Positions 22,001 through 33,185 of a stretch of 33,185 bases of DNA are shown here, in pieces; within the stretch, counting starts at the first letter, position 1, and each line of letters opens with the position of its first letter. The position numbers were made by a program, and so were the translations under genes. The stretch lies in the NCBI GenBank assembly GCA_040357565.1, contig JBDODJ010000124.1, one strand, 5' to 3'. The notes under the pieces were generated by a model, which worked only from the letters and a program-made list of their open reading frames with translations, was not told the origin of the DNA and searched no databases. This stretch comes from Cercozoa sp. M6MM (taxonomy: Eukaryota > Protista > Endomyxa: Ascetosporea).

Positions 22001-25000
22001 TGCAGCCTGGACTATCGGTCACACCTGATTTGTCTGCAGACTTGCTGTAGAACACGCATCGGAAATCTCGATGCAACTCCACCGGTCGCGTAGCGAAGGC
22101 GAATTGAATGGCGTATCTGTCGGGACCGACTTCAATCACTTGCTTTCGCAACAGTGGGTAGACCGCGCTCGGAATTTTGTCGCCGAATTCGATTATCAAG
22201 GACTTGCCGAGTCGCATCGCAAGCGATACTTTTTGCGCGAAGTGTGAATCGTTCGTATCGACATGCTCGAGTCGATGTCCTTCCTTTGCCTCAGTATTGG
22301 CGCGTTCGAATCCAAAGAAACAATGGTAACGACGCGTTTCCATGATCCACTTGAGCCACGGAAGCATTACACGGCCACTGTCAATGACAACGGGGAAGCG
22401 ACATGACTGCGACAGCCACGAGTGGCCACGCCAGAACTCCTTGTCACCGGAGTCGGTATTCAGCGATACCCAATGCTGCAATTCAATGCACACCATCGCT
22501 GCGTTTTGGACACACAGAGACTCCTTCGGGAGTGACTTTGAAATCCACTCATGACGAACCGACTCTTCGACAAACAGCTCGACTGAATCCAAACGACAAA
22601 TGTTGTTGCCCGCCCGTTTCGACAGTTGCTCAAACACTCGCCGACGCACGTCGACCGGCATGTTTCCTGCGGCCGAGCAAAACCCACCGAGTATCGCCAT
22701 TTCAAACGGCAGAGCAGCTTGAATGTTGCCGATTTTCTGCAGTTCCTGTCTCCACCGGTTGCGTTCTGACGATAACCCACCCAAGATGGCCTCTGCTTTC
22801 TCGATTGATGTCGTAAATGAGCATAGTTTCGAACTGAGGAGCTCAACTTCGCTCGTTTTCTCGCGGAAACTAGCTCGAAGTCCTTCAATGTCAGCTTCGA
22901 TCTCTCGGATCTGCTTTTCTAGCGACAAGAGCTCCTGGCGCGACTCTTCGAGCGCATTGTTTGCTTCCTCCAGTTCGGCTTCCATGGGGGCGATCTGTTC
23001 CAGAATGTCGCAGTACTCCACATTCGCTTTGACCCACGCAGCGAGCGGTGCGGCAGCCATCGCAACCTGCGCGATTCGCTGTGGGTCGAAAGAACGCTCT
23101 GCCGACCGAAGCAACTGCTTCACGCGCGGCAAGACCGACAAGTCAATGTTTCGCGTATCAAAATTGATAATTTCCTCTTTGATCATCGGCTTGCCCAAGA
23201 ACCTCCGCATTGCGTTCCAAGACTCGTCAAAGTTGCCCATGAGGCTCATGACTCCGCTGAGAACGTCAGAGACCTCTTTTGGTGGCATGCGGAAGGCACG
23301 GAGCTCGCTGAGGTGCTGCTTTTTAATGCCGCCCACGGCTCGCTTTGCCTCCTCAACCTGTGGCTGGACGGCCAGCAACTCTTCCTCCGCTGCGCGCTTT
23401 CGTTGTTGGATCGTGTCTTCCTCAGCTCGCAACCGCTCTTTGAGAAGCTGCGCTTCGTGTACTCGCTCTCGCGACTCGGCCATCTTGGTTGTGATCGAAG
23501 ACAGCATCACATCCGCGTCTTCCTGTGTCTTTTGCGCGACGGATCTTTGGCCACTGATTTGGTTTCGCATCTCTGCAATGCTGTTCTCAGCCTGCGACAA
23601 ACTCCTGAGACCAGATGTCATCCGTTTTTCCTGTTGCAGGAAATACGCATGTTGTTCTCTCCAGCAAACAAATAGAGCGCGACAGAAATGAAGTAGTCGG
23701 TGCTGAGGGAGTTCAAGTGCCGACATGACGTCATATGCGAAAGCTACGACGGAAGAAGGAGGCACTGAGTGTCCCTCTGCGATCAAAGAGATAACCACCT
23801 CAGTCAGTACGTCAGTAGAGCTCGTGTCCTGAATCCCAGTCGCGAATATTCGTAAAGAGCGCATGCACAGGCTCGTGAATGTCGTCTGAAAACTCAAATC
23901 GGCAGCGGGCACCAAAAAAGCAAACTTCAGGCTTCCTAGAAGAACCTCCGCAACTTCGGGAGGTGTGCACTCCACCTTCGACGCCAAAGAACAAATTTCG
24001 TCAACGCTCCACAAAGCTGAGACGTCTTTCGTACATACGAAATGGCATACCGCAGCCATGAACTCGGCGTTTAAATAGACCTCTCGCTCCACCACGACTA
24101 CAAGTCCCTTGAATGTGTCTTCTGCGTTTAGCACCACACTTTCGAGGTGTTGCTTGATGCCAGACAGGATATTAGTTGCAGCAGTGCGGGTTCCTCCTGA
24201 AGCAGTGTAGGTGAGCTTCAAGCTGCTGTGGGCACACGCAAGCGATAGTGCCAGGCTTCGACCAGTGCACGACTCGCCCTGAATTACTAGGCTCGAAAAA
24301 TGCCTGATTCCAGTGTCAACTCGTCCAAAGAGCTCAAGGAATGTGTGTTTTGCGTTGACTGGAACTTGGCACTGTTGCGACATCTCATGTACTGTTTCCG
24401 CAAAGGCACCCGCTGCCGCCTCTCGCCCCGCAACAAAGTCGCATGCTGTAGCAAACTCCTGCGGTGTCAGTTCCTGAAGCATGCTAACGATCTGCCCGAG
24501 TTCATGTGTCGTTGGCAGTCTTTCTGTGCTAATCGAGAGCACGCTATCTTGACAGACCTGGCGCGGAACACCCATGTTTTCGAGAACAAACGAAATGTCG
24601 TCACGATGCAACGGTTTTGTTTTGACAACCGTTGACGTCGAAAAGAATCGCGTCACTGACTGCACGCCAAAATGACGACGAAAACTGCTTGAAGAGCTCG
24701 TCACACAAAAGTGAACGCACGAGAAGTCGATCCAGCGAAGATCGGACGGGTCGAAGACGCCACCATGAGTGACCGCTTGATGCAAGAACGACAATACAGT
24801 CGAAGATCCGTATTGATCAGTATCACACGAATCGATCGCCGCGATGTTCACCACCACCATCGACGTAGTTTTCGGCAACATCTTCTTCTTGTGGCCCGCA
24901 TTTCTTAGCTGCAGTTTTCGTTGCAGGACACGTAAAAGCATCGTTGAGGTGAAACCCTTGGAGCATTGCACTTCGACGACTTCGATCGACTTTCCAAGCT

Positions 25001-28000
25001 GCTGACTGACAAACCCGGCAGCTTCACGCAACAGCCAGCGCTTGCCGGTGCCGGTCTCTCCTTCCAGAGCAAGTGCACTCGGTTTCAATGCTGCAAGCTT
25101 TGTTTCTAACCATCGTGCCACTGTATAGAACTGCGCACTGTTCGAAGCACCAAGAGCCACTTCTGGGACAGCAGAACACGTCACGCAAGAATCCAAATTG
25201 TCTGAAACTGCGCGATGAATTCTCACCGCCTCTTCTTGAGAAAAGATGGAGCTCTGCAAAGCCATTTCCTTAAGTTGCAAACAAACGATCGTAACAGGAA
25301 GCTGGAGCAACATGTACCTCGGTTTGCAGCAAACACGCTGAAGTTAGCTGCCTCACCAAGCTTGGTGCTGATGACACGTTGACGGAGCTTACGCCCAATG
25401 CAGGCTTGCGGTGCATCAGCTTTTGCTGTAGGCAAGAGATAATCTCTTCATGGTGGTTGACCGCGATGATGCCCAGGCGCGAGACTGTTGCAGGCGAAGC
25501 GTGATCCAAGTTTGTGCTTTCAAAGACAAAGTTCACGTTGCGACCAAACTGGATGCGCTCCCCGTTCGGAATCGACAGCATCGCGTTGTCATCTAACACC
25601 GAATTCAACGCCTCAATCCACTCTGGATCAATGTCTCCATCAAAAACAATGATGTGCCTTGTGTCTTCCTTTCGCGATTCAGCTGCTTGTCGAGCGAACT
25701 GAGTCACAATACCGTCCTTCCACTGCCTGGTGTCTGAGTCCATGTATCCGAGCAGCACCCGACGTTCAAATGCCTTCGGGTTCACCGTCGTCAAGTGCAC
25801 CGTTTCCCCCAGGTGCCGCAACAAACTGACAGCCAGTCGCAAGCACGTTGACTTTCCAGAGAGAGAAGGACCCATGACCACGACACCGATACGATGCTGC
25901 AATGATCGAAGGATGTGGAAAGTTGAAACAACTTGTGATTGAATCACATCACAGCTCAAACGCAGTGCGACATCTGTGTACTGCTCGCGGAACACTTTGG
26001 GCACAACAGGCTCTGCGTTGTTTGATGAAGTTGACCACATACTCTGCCGAAGCTTCTTGAACAGAAGATCGTCACCTTGCGCTAGTTTTGGTGAAACCAC
26101 CAAATCCAGAGCCTTCCTTATGCAAGAGACCTGGACTTCGAGATCTGACATCGCACTGCTGGCTTTCTGGCGCATGAAGTGACCCGCTGTTTGGACAATC
26201 GCCTTGAGTGAGCGCAGACCAAAGTCGTAGCACTTTTGTTTTGAAAGCAACTGCTTGAACACCTTGAACATCAGGCACAGTTTCTTCGCGATGATGGCGG
26301 CTTGAGTGAATCCACACGAGAACAAGTAGACTTCGCAAATTATCTGCGAATCTGGCACACTCATTGAAACAGACTTAAACAACTGCTTGATGTTGGCAGG
26401 AAGCTTCGACCGTGCTCCGTATTCTCGACTCGCCGGATTCATCGTAATGAAGATGCCTGCATTAAAGTTCACAGCGACATTCTTGTGTTCACCGATCGTA
26501 ACGCTCGCGCGCCGGCTGCGAATAGCTTCCTGAATTCCTTGAATCTGCTGACTGATTGCTGACAGTTGGTCTTGCTTCAGTCGATTAAACTCATCAAAGC
26601 ACCCAAACGCTCCTTGTGAAACGAGACCTGTGAAGATACGCGCCATCGCACGAAAATCGAGCGACTTGTCGCAGTTAAAGACAAGCACTTGACGGCCCAA
26701 TGCTCTGCCAAACGCTTTCACCGTTTCAGTCTTACCGGTGCCAGCTGGTCCGATCGGGTTTCCTCCAAATCCCAGAGCAAGTGCTTGTGAGAGCACAATG
26801 TAGCACTGTATCACACAAAAAGAGGAAGTGAAAGACACTGACACAACTGCGATTATAATATTTAGAGTTATCTTACCTTGTCTGTCAGGTGCGTGTGCGC
26901 AAGTGACTGATAGTTTCCTTGGTACTCCCACCCGTAGTCAAGCGCAGCCAAGCCAAGGTTGGCTCGAACTTCCCCTTGTTCGTAGTAGAATCGCAGCTGC
27001 CTTTGCCACGACCAGTGGTCGGTGGAAAGTGTCTTTGCTTTAACAAGGTTCTGCGTCACAGACACAAAACGAAGGATGGCGAACTGAACTGCTTCTGTGC
27101 GAGCCCACATGTTTGCACCAGAACTCGATACAGACTCGCGAGTGTTCATGTCAGTGAGAACTGAAATAAGCTGCTGCGGCAGCTGCTTCAATGCATCCAG
27201 TGACCCGGAGGATATCGCACGATGTATCAATGAGCAGAAGGCGATCTCGAGCGCCAAGCACTGCACTTGCGATGTACACCCTTCCACAGAAGCAAGCTTT
27301 TTGATAGTGGCCACATCCGCGAGTTGGGGCACGGCAGAGAGAACGTTCGCGAGAGAGGCTCGTAGCGTCTTGAACGTCGTTTTTTCGAGAGCGTTCAACC
27401 ACTTTTCGACCGGCACTTGCATGTCTACCTCCTCCAGAAGCTGAGTATTCTCGCCGGTTGCGCTTTGCATGTGAGTGATGGTCGTCCTGGAGTGCTCGCT
27501 CGACACTGTCGCGATTCCATGAAACAACTTTGAAATGTGGTGCTGCAGCGTCTCGTGACTCGACGGGCGTCCCAGCAACTCCAACAGGTCCTGGTCACCG
27601 ATGAAGTACAAACGAGTGCACTCCGCTCGCTTTCTTTCCAAGAAGTCGAGCAAAATCACTTCGCACTCCTCAAGTTGGGAAACCAGCGCCTTCAGGTTGC
27701 TTTCATTGCACTCAGGAATTCTCAGCATTGAAAATAGTCGGCTATCTCGCCTTAACGTGTCGCTCAAGCACCTAAACGTAACGTTCGCTGTGTTGAAGCG
27801 TCTGACTCCTTCATGCACGATGCCTAAGTCAAACACTGGTGCCAAGAACACCCACCGTCGTTGGATCTGCTGCCAAAAGTCAAGGATCGTGTCCATGCGC
27901 TCAAACTTGTCGCTCATGGTCACAATACGCTCCTCAAAGACGTGAAAGTACGCAGAGTTTTCAACTGACGCCAGAATCGTCCTCTGAGTCGCAAGCTTTT

Positions 28001-31000
28001 CCAATATGTCTTCCCATCCCGCGATGATGCACACGGACTGACCGCGAGGCAGCAAGAACTGCTCTGTCGGAACGATTTCTTGGTCAATCCAAGCAGCGAC
28101 TTCGTCCAGCGACTCGCGTACCTGTGACTCGGAACGAGCTTTGTCGATCATTTTAGCAATCATTTTGGAGTGTTTTTTCAAGGTATTCCTCAGTTGAAGC
28201 ATGTCTGCGACAGTGAGATTCGACAACCTTGCCATGGCTGTGCTTTGCACATTCATGGATTGACAGAGCTCTGCCCAATGGTGCACCTGAAGAGCAGGTT
28301 CACTCAAGGAAGCCAGCAGCGGCAGTGAATCGGTCCACTCCGCAATTGACTCGCCAAACAGTTTGACGCACTCCAGTAACGAACGAACTGAAGCTGTCGG
28401 GCTGTTGGCAAGATGTGTGGCACCTCCGACAAGCTGCGACACACGCTCGCTTGCGCTCGAAAATACCGACAGTGCTCGCTTTCGGAAGTTGTACGCTTCT
28501 TGCCACTTCATAGTTCCCAGCATTTGAATGTCCTCTCCGATCTCTTGAAGCTCGCTGCACGTTCGATGGCAGCAGTCAATTTCATCAGCCAAAGTTGCGA
28601 CACTTTGCTTGAGATCTGAGACTACGATGCCGAAGAAGGCGCTGTCCTCTGCAACAGTGTTTGTACGATCGCAAAGAGAAGAACTTGTTGACCTCATTTC
28701 GTCAAGTTCTTCATTTTTCGCTTTTATCAGTTGCAGCAGCTCCTCGGCTCGGAAATCGAGATAGAGAAGCTTGGTACTTGCGGCGATGGACGCAAGGTCG
28801 AAAGAACTCCAAGCTTTCGTCAAGTTCTTCGAGGCCTCTCTGAGATCAGACACCTCCAACAGCACATCTTCTCTGAGTTGTTTGCGCATCTTTTCTGAAT
28901 GAGAGGAGACATCTGCTATCAGGGTCGAAAACTCATCCCACAGCTTCTCTACTTCTCGCGCAGTTCGATCCTCATTCGCATCAACGTTGAAGTGTTTTTC
29001 CAACAAAACCGCTCCGGCAGCAGCTGACTGCACTATTGCCCGCGCGAGCGATCTGTCTGACTCTACGTTCTGCGCAGTGTTGGCCTCAAACGTGCGTAGC
29101 TCCGCAATTGACTTGACAGTGCAAGTTTGCGAAGAGTATCGCCCAACCATCTCGCGAAGTTGCACCAAACCTTGCCTCATGCTATGTGATACTAGTGCAC
29201 GCGCACTTTCGCGAAGTTGGAGCAGCTGCTTGCCATACGAGTTTTTGAAAGACAATGGATCCAGCTTCAAGCACACAAGACCGCATGAATCTCGACAAAT
29301 ACGAGCTTGCATGCCTTCCAGTCGCTGCAGGTCTGACAGAACAGATGCGACAGCAGAACCACAGTCACTCAAACTGCTGGATTCAAGTGTCGATCGAATC
29401 GTTCGCGCAGGCTCGCCATAAACGTCTTGCAGTCTCTCTGCTAGGTGGTTGAGGGAAGCGCGGAGCCCCTCTGCCAGTTTTTTAACCTCGAGATGCACTG
29501 ACTTGGCGAATTTCACCAAATCTCCGTTGAGTTTCCCGTACTCAGTTTGGCTTGACCGCAGTGACCTGAGCTTCAGTGGTTTTGCGAGCATCCCGGCAAC
29601 CGCCTTCAAGACCGTAGCTTGTAGCTGCGAAGCAGACGGTATAAGCACGAGTTTTCCACGAATCCCTGATTCGTATTCCAGCGACACTGCATGGCCTATG
29701 AGGTCATGCAAAACGGTCAGGTCGTCTTTCGTGCAGTTCGTTTCAAAAGCTTCCGCAGGCGTTTCAGCAATCTGATTGGCCTTCTTGATCGCTTCTTGTA
29801 GTGTTCTACAAAGCGAAGCTGATTCTACACGCAACGCCTCTCCCAACTGCGAGGCAAACTCCTTGTCGCAATGCTCGACCCAGGGTTCAACGGAACTGAA
29901 ACATCGACTGGCTGCAATGTCTTGGAATACACCGCGAATTTTTTCCAGTGCATCTTCCCAATTGTCCAGTGCAAAGAACACCGATTTCGACTTCAGCGAA
30001 GCGATGATGTCTGACACCGCAGAGTGTAGGTTGCGCAATTGGACATTTTTGTCCATGAGGCCGGAGGAAGCTTGCTGTAGTTTCTGAAGGTTCTCTTCGC
30101 ACTGGCTTTTGGAGCCCCACGACTGCGCACTAACACGCTTGATGGTTTTTTCAAACGATGTCGCTTCAACGAGCAACATGCTTCGGTGGAAAGGCAAAAT
30201 TTGCGACGCTATCGTGTTGTGGAAGTGCGCGACTTGACGTATCTGGGAAGCGTAGGGTAGCAGACTGTTTGAATTCTCAACTGCGGAAGTGATACTTGCA
30301 GGGATCTCCAAACCGATCGACTTGAGTCGCTCACAGTCATGCAGAAGCTTCTGCAGACCGTCACTCAAGTGTACTTGTAGTTTTCCGGTTTTTGGCGCGA
30401 AGCTCATGAGGCGTCCTTGACTTTGCAGAGATATGTCGCTCCTGTTTGAACGAATGATCCGCTTCTGACCTGATACCCACTCTGACATCAATCCGTCAAT
30501 GGCTAAGCGGAGCTCAGTTGCTCCTGCTTCGGCGCGTTCAAGAAGACTTGAGCGTTCGGGGCAGAGTTGACCGTGACGCAAGAAAGCGACGATGTTGATC
30601 AGTTTCTGCCTTCGTGTATAAAAGGCGACGATTTGCCCGACATTGTCTGTGACACCAACGTCGGATTTCAGTGCTTCAGCTTCTCCACCAAAATTCCTCA
30701 AAGCATCGATGTGTGAGTCGAGTGCTCTCAACGCGCTGTCTTCAATCCACTTGCATTGCGCACTCAGTTCTGGCGACTCCAGAATGGCACCGAAATGAAG
30801 CAGAAAATCCATGACACTCTCGGTTTCGCCTCCTATTTCTACATCATTCCACACCTCCGCCAGCACTGTGGACAAATGTGACGCCGCTTTCGAAATTATA
30901 GCTGACGATTTTGCCGACACTGCGTCGACTTGCGATGAAGACAGCAATGGTGAGCGAGAGGTCTGTAGTGTTTCGCGCAACCGTACGACCAAGGCCTTCA

Positions 31001-31873
31001 TGCTAAATGTTCGCGGCAGCGTCTGCAACTGTGCGAAGATGCGTTTACAGCGGCGCAGCTTCTTGACCAAATCGCGAAAACCTTGGGCTCTGTGAACCTC
31101 TTCGTCCACCTCAACACCAAAGAGTGCAAGTTCTTTTGATAGCCGGAGAAAAAGATCAAGCGACGCGAGGACATCGTCGAAGAAAGTGGTGGCCACGTCG
31201 GAAAGCGAAGGAAAAGAGACGTCGCAATACCGTTCAATCTCATTACAAATGGCACGAGCCAATCGCATGTGCAGATCTATCAATAAAGTCCTCGCGTCGA
31301 CTTTTCGCTGCTGCGCGTACTCGAGAATGTCCAGGAACTGCTGCATTGTCGCTCGGATTCGAGAGGATAGCTCAGCGGAGAAGTCACTATCATCAAGTTT
31401 GCTTCTCCAAATGGCGTCGACTTCCCGCACGAACGGACCGAAAGAGTCGGGAGCACGCACTACGATAGTTTCACGAACCCACAGGCAACAACTGAATCAA
31501 TGATCGTATTTGGGAATCAAGAAGTACCTGCTTCCATGCTAAATGAGTGCGAAGCTTGGACTGTTTTTAAACTGTGCAGCACGCTCGAAACCTCTGCTCC
31601 TCGTCCGAGAAGAGTCAAATGACCGTTCGCTCTCACAAAGCACCTGGATTGACACCGTGAAAATAGTGCCACAGTCTCAATTAGAAGGATACAAAGGAGT
31701 GAGTACACGTCAGCAGAGACGTCAATACAGGGAATTGCTGTCTGCCTCTTCAAAAAAATCGACAGCACGCCATCGCTTACTTGAAGGAACTCGCGCACCA
31801 CGCTGCTTTCCCGCAACTCATCTTGCAGTCCGGTATTGGTTTCAGCTTGCACCAAAAGCGCTAATTTCTCCAT
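19034..31873 (-). CDS. DYNC2H1: Cytoplasmic dynein-2 (IFT retrograde motor) heavy chain, about 4100 aa, few short introns
   Basis: AAA1 reads YGWEYQGN..LTDK|CY..GGNPIGPAGTGKTETVK..GRQVLVFNCD..GCFDEFNRL. AAA2 reads GPSLSGKS..FDGDIDPEWIEALNSVLDDN..IPNGERI. AAA3 is GETGTGK. AAA4 is GESCTGRS, with Arg replacing the Walker A Lys as in dynein-2. Also present are the stalk/MTBD LSELRAFRMPP, AAA6 motifs ENLHL and YGGRID, and C-terminal FAEMFQPEAFL. Confidence 0.93.
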
Positions 31874-31988
31874 GAGGTAGTCCTCCCACCAATAGCAATC
31901 TAATCTTTTCTAATCGTCGGTATTGGCCCGAGACAATTTCTGCATCATTGCGGCAGCCGCGCGGGAGGTTCAAACTGACTGAATGACT

Positions 31989-33185
31989 GGTAGTAATTAA
32001 ACTGAGCGGGAACCCACCCCTTTCGGGCGGCCCAATTTTTGAGCCGAAAACCTTGATCCAAAAAAGATATTGTGTTTGGTCAGCACAACTAAGTTAGCAG
32101 GTTTGATTTGTAGAGGCGTTGTGCCTAAGTTACTGTGAGTTGCGGAGCGTTAAAATAAGCGCGATCGGCCTGGTGTGCGTTAAAAATATCTTGATTCTTC
32201 ATGAGTGGTGGCAAGCCAGAAGCGATCAAAACGCCTGAAGAGGCACTGGAGGCGCTGTATTCTGCGCGTGCGGCAACGCAATTATCGAAACTCAGCACCA
32301 AAACCCTGCTGACTGCGATACAGGTAAAATAACAAGTAACAACACCAAGAAACAAGAAAAATATACTATGTGCATGCAGTCGCTCGTCACGGAGAACATT
32401 GCCGCAGATGACGTGCCAGAGTGCCGACACTGCAAGCAACGCCTCCAACTGGCAGTGCGCAAACGCCATGGTGAGAAGGTCCTGGTCTGGTGTTGCCTAA
32501 AAAAGGCAGGCAACAACAATCGCACGCCCAAGTGCAAGAAAGAGGCGGTGCGACTCTCGACCACCAATGACGACGGCTTTCACACCGTGCTGTCTCACGG
32601 CAACGGCTCGATGAAGAATCAGTTGTTGGCGATACACGAGTTGCTATGTAAGCGAGCAACGATCGAGTCCATGGCCGACACGGCGAATCAGGAGCACCGG
32701 TGGGCACAGTCACTGCGACGTCGTGTTTTCTGCTCACTCGCAGGCAGTGAGAGACTGCGCCAGAGCCGGTACAAGCTCGGTGAGCGTGTCTGCGGCACGG
32801 ACGACGAGGAGGAGATCAAGAAACTGTGGACATTGAAGGCCAAGGAGCTCGGGTTTGATGACTTTTTTGGCTTTGTCACCGAGATCGATGAGGTAGGTTA
32901 TTTTATCCGTGGTATTGTGTAAGCTCGAAACAAAGTACCTGGGTTGTTCAGTTCTGTCTTGGCAAGAACAAGCGTCTCGCAACCCCCATTGTCGGCCACA
33001 GCGAGATACCAGAGTGTGGGTATTCTCGATGACGTTGTCCGCTCGCTTCTTTGAAAAGGTATTATAGACTAACTGCGCTCTGTCACACACAAGTGAGTGT
33101 TAACTATGCAGGACAACAACACCGAGACGCGACGAGTACTTGAGTATCGGTACCAAGTGTCGCTGCGCCGAGACGCAGCAACATT
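31989..33185 (+). mobile_element. Putative Merlin DNA transposon, left part; candidate left TIR starting GGTAGTAATTAAACTGAGCGG
   Basis: The transposase starts about 210 bp downstream, and Merlin TIRs typically begin with GG. The right end is not in the window, so the boundary is unverified. Confidence 0.45.
32201..33185 (+). CDS. Merlin/IS1595 (ISXO2-like) DDE transposase, intron-containing, truncated by the window edge; possibly frameshifted near 32970
   Basis: N-terminal zinc ribbon CRHC...WCC...C, an HTH-like region ending WAQSLRRRV, then KLG...VTEIDE (first catalytic Asp motif), RVWVFSM and V..RRDAAT. This is the motif order of Merlin/IS1595 transposases. Predicted introns at about 32324-32379, from 32893, and 33059-33111. 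Confidence 0.75.

Noticed and set aside
19420-26931. Programmed frameshifts or stop-codon reassignment between dynein ORFs
   Set aside because: Each break checked is resolved by a short canonical GT-AG intron (for example 25269-25317). TAA, TAG and TGA all serve as terminal stops in this window.
19175-31503. Numerous plus-strand ORFs (for example 22723-23691)
   Set aside because: They are antisense shadows of the dynein exons with no recognisable motifs.
8954-31873. Functional ciliary gene cluster (MORN, small TM, RGS, dynein-2)
   Set aside because: Only dynein-2 is clearly ciliary. Adjacency in a compact eukaryotic genome is not evidence of a shared pathway.
32125-32469. Minus-strand ORF with a hydrophobic stretch
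   Set aside because: It is antisense to transposase exons 1-2. The hydrophobic part comes from an A-rich intron.
1-33185. tRNA, rRNA or snRNA genes
   Set aside because: I recognised no cloverleaf, A/B box pair or rRNA/snRNA signature by eye. tRNAscan-SE/Infernal would be needed to exclude them.

Overview
Intron-rich eukaryotic (protist-like) genomic DNA with the standard genetic code. By hand-splicing I can support seven protein-coding loci: (1) the 5' part of a Cu-type P1B-ATPase (ATP7/CCC2-like, minus strand, runs off the left edge); (2) an SLC26/SulP anion transporter with a STAS domain (+); (3) a ~15-MORN-repeat protein ending in a C3HC4 RING finger (-); (4) a ~90-aa two-TM microprotein (+); (5) a ~840-aa four-TM protein built from two tandem TM-ectodomain-TM modules fused to a cytosolic RGS domain (+); (6) a near full-length cytoplasmic dynein-2 heavy chain (-); (7) an intron-containing Merlin/IS1595-type DDE transposase head-to-head with the dynein gene (+, runs off the right edge). 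The best candidate for an undescribed system is locus 5, an apparent non-GPCR receptor that couples chemoreceptor-like sensor modules directly to a G-alpha GAP domain. Simple repeats sit almost only in introns and are strand-polarised. All exon structures are manual predictions without transcript data, and family calls come from motif recognition, not database searches.
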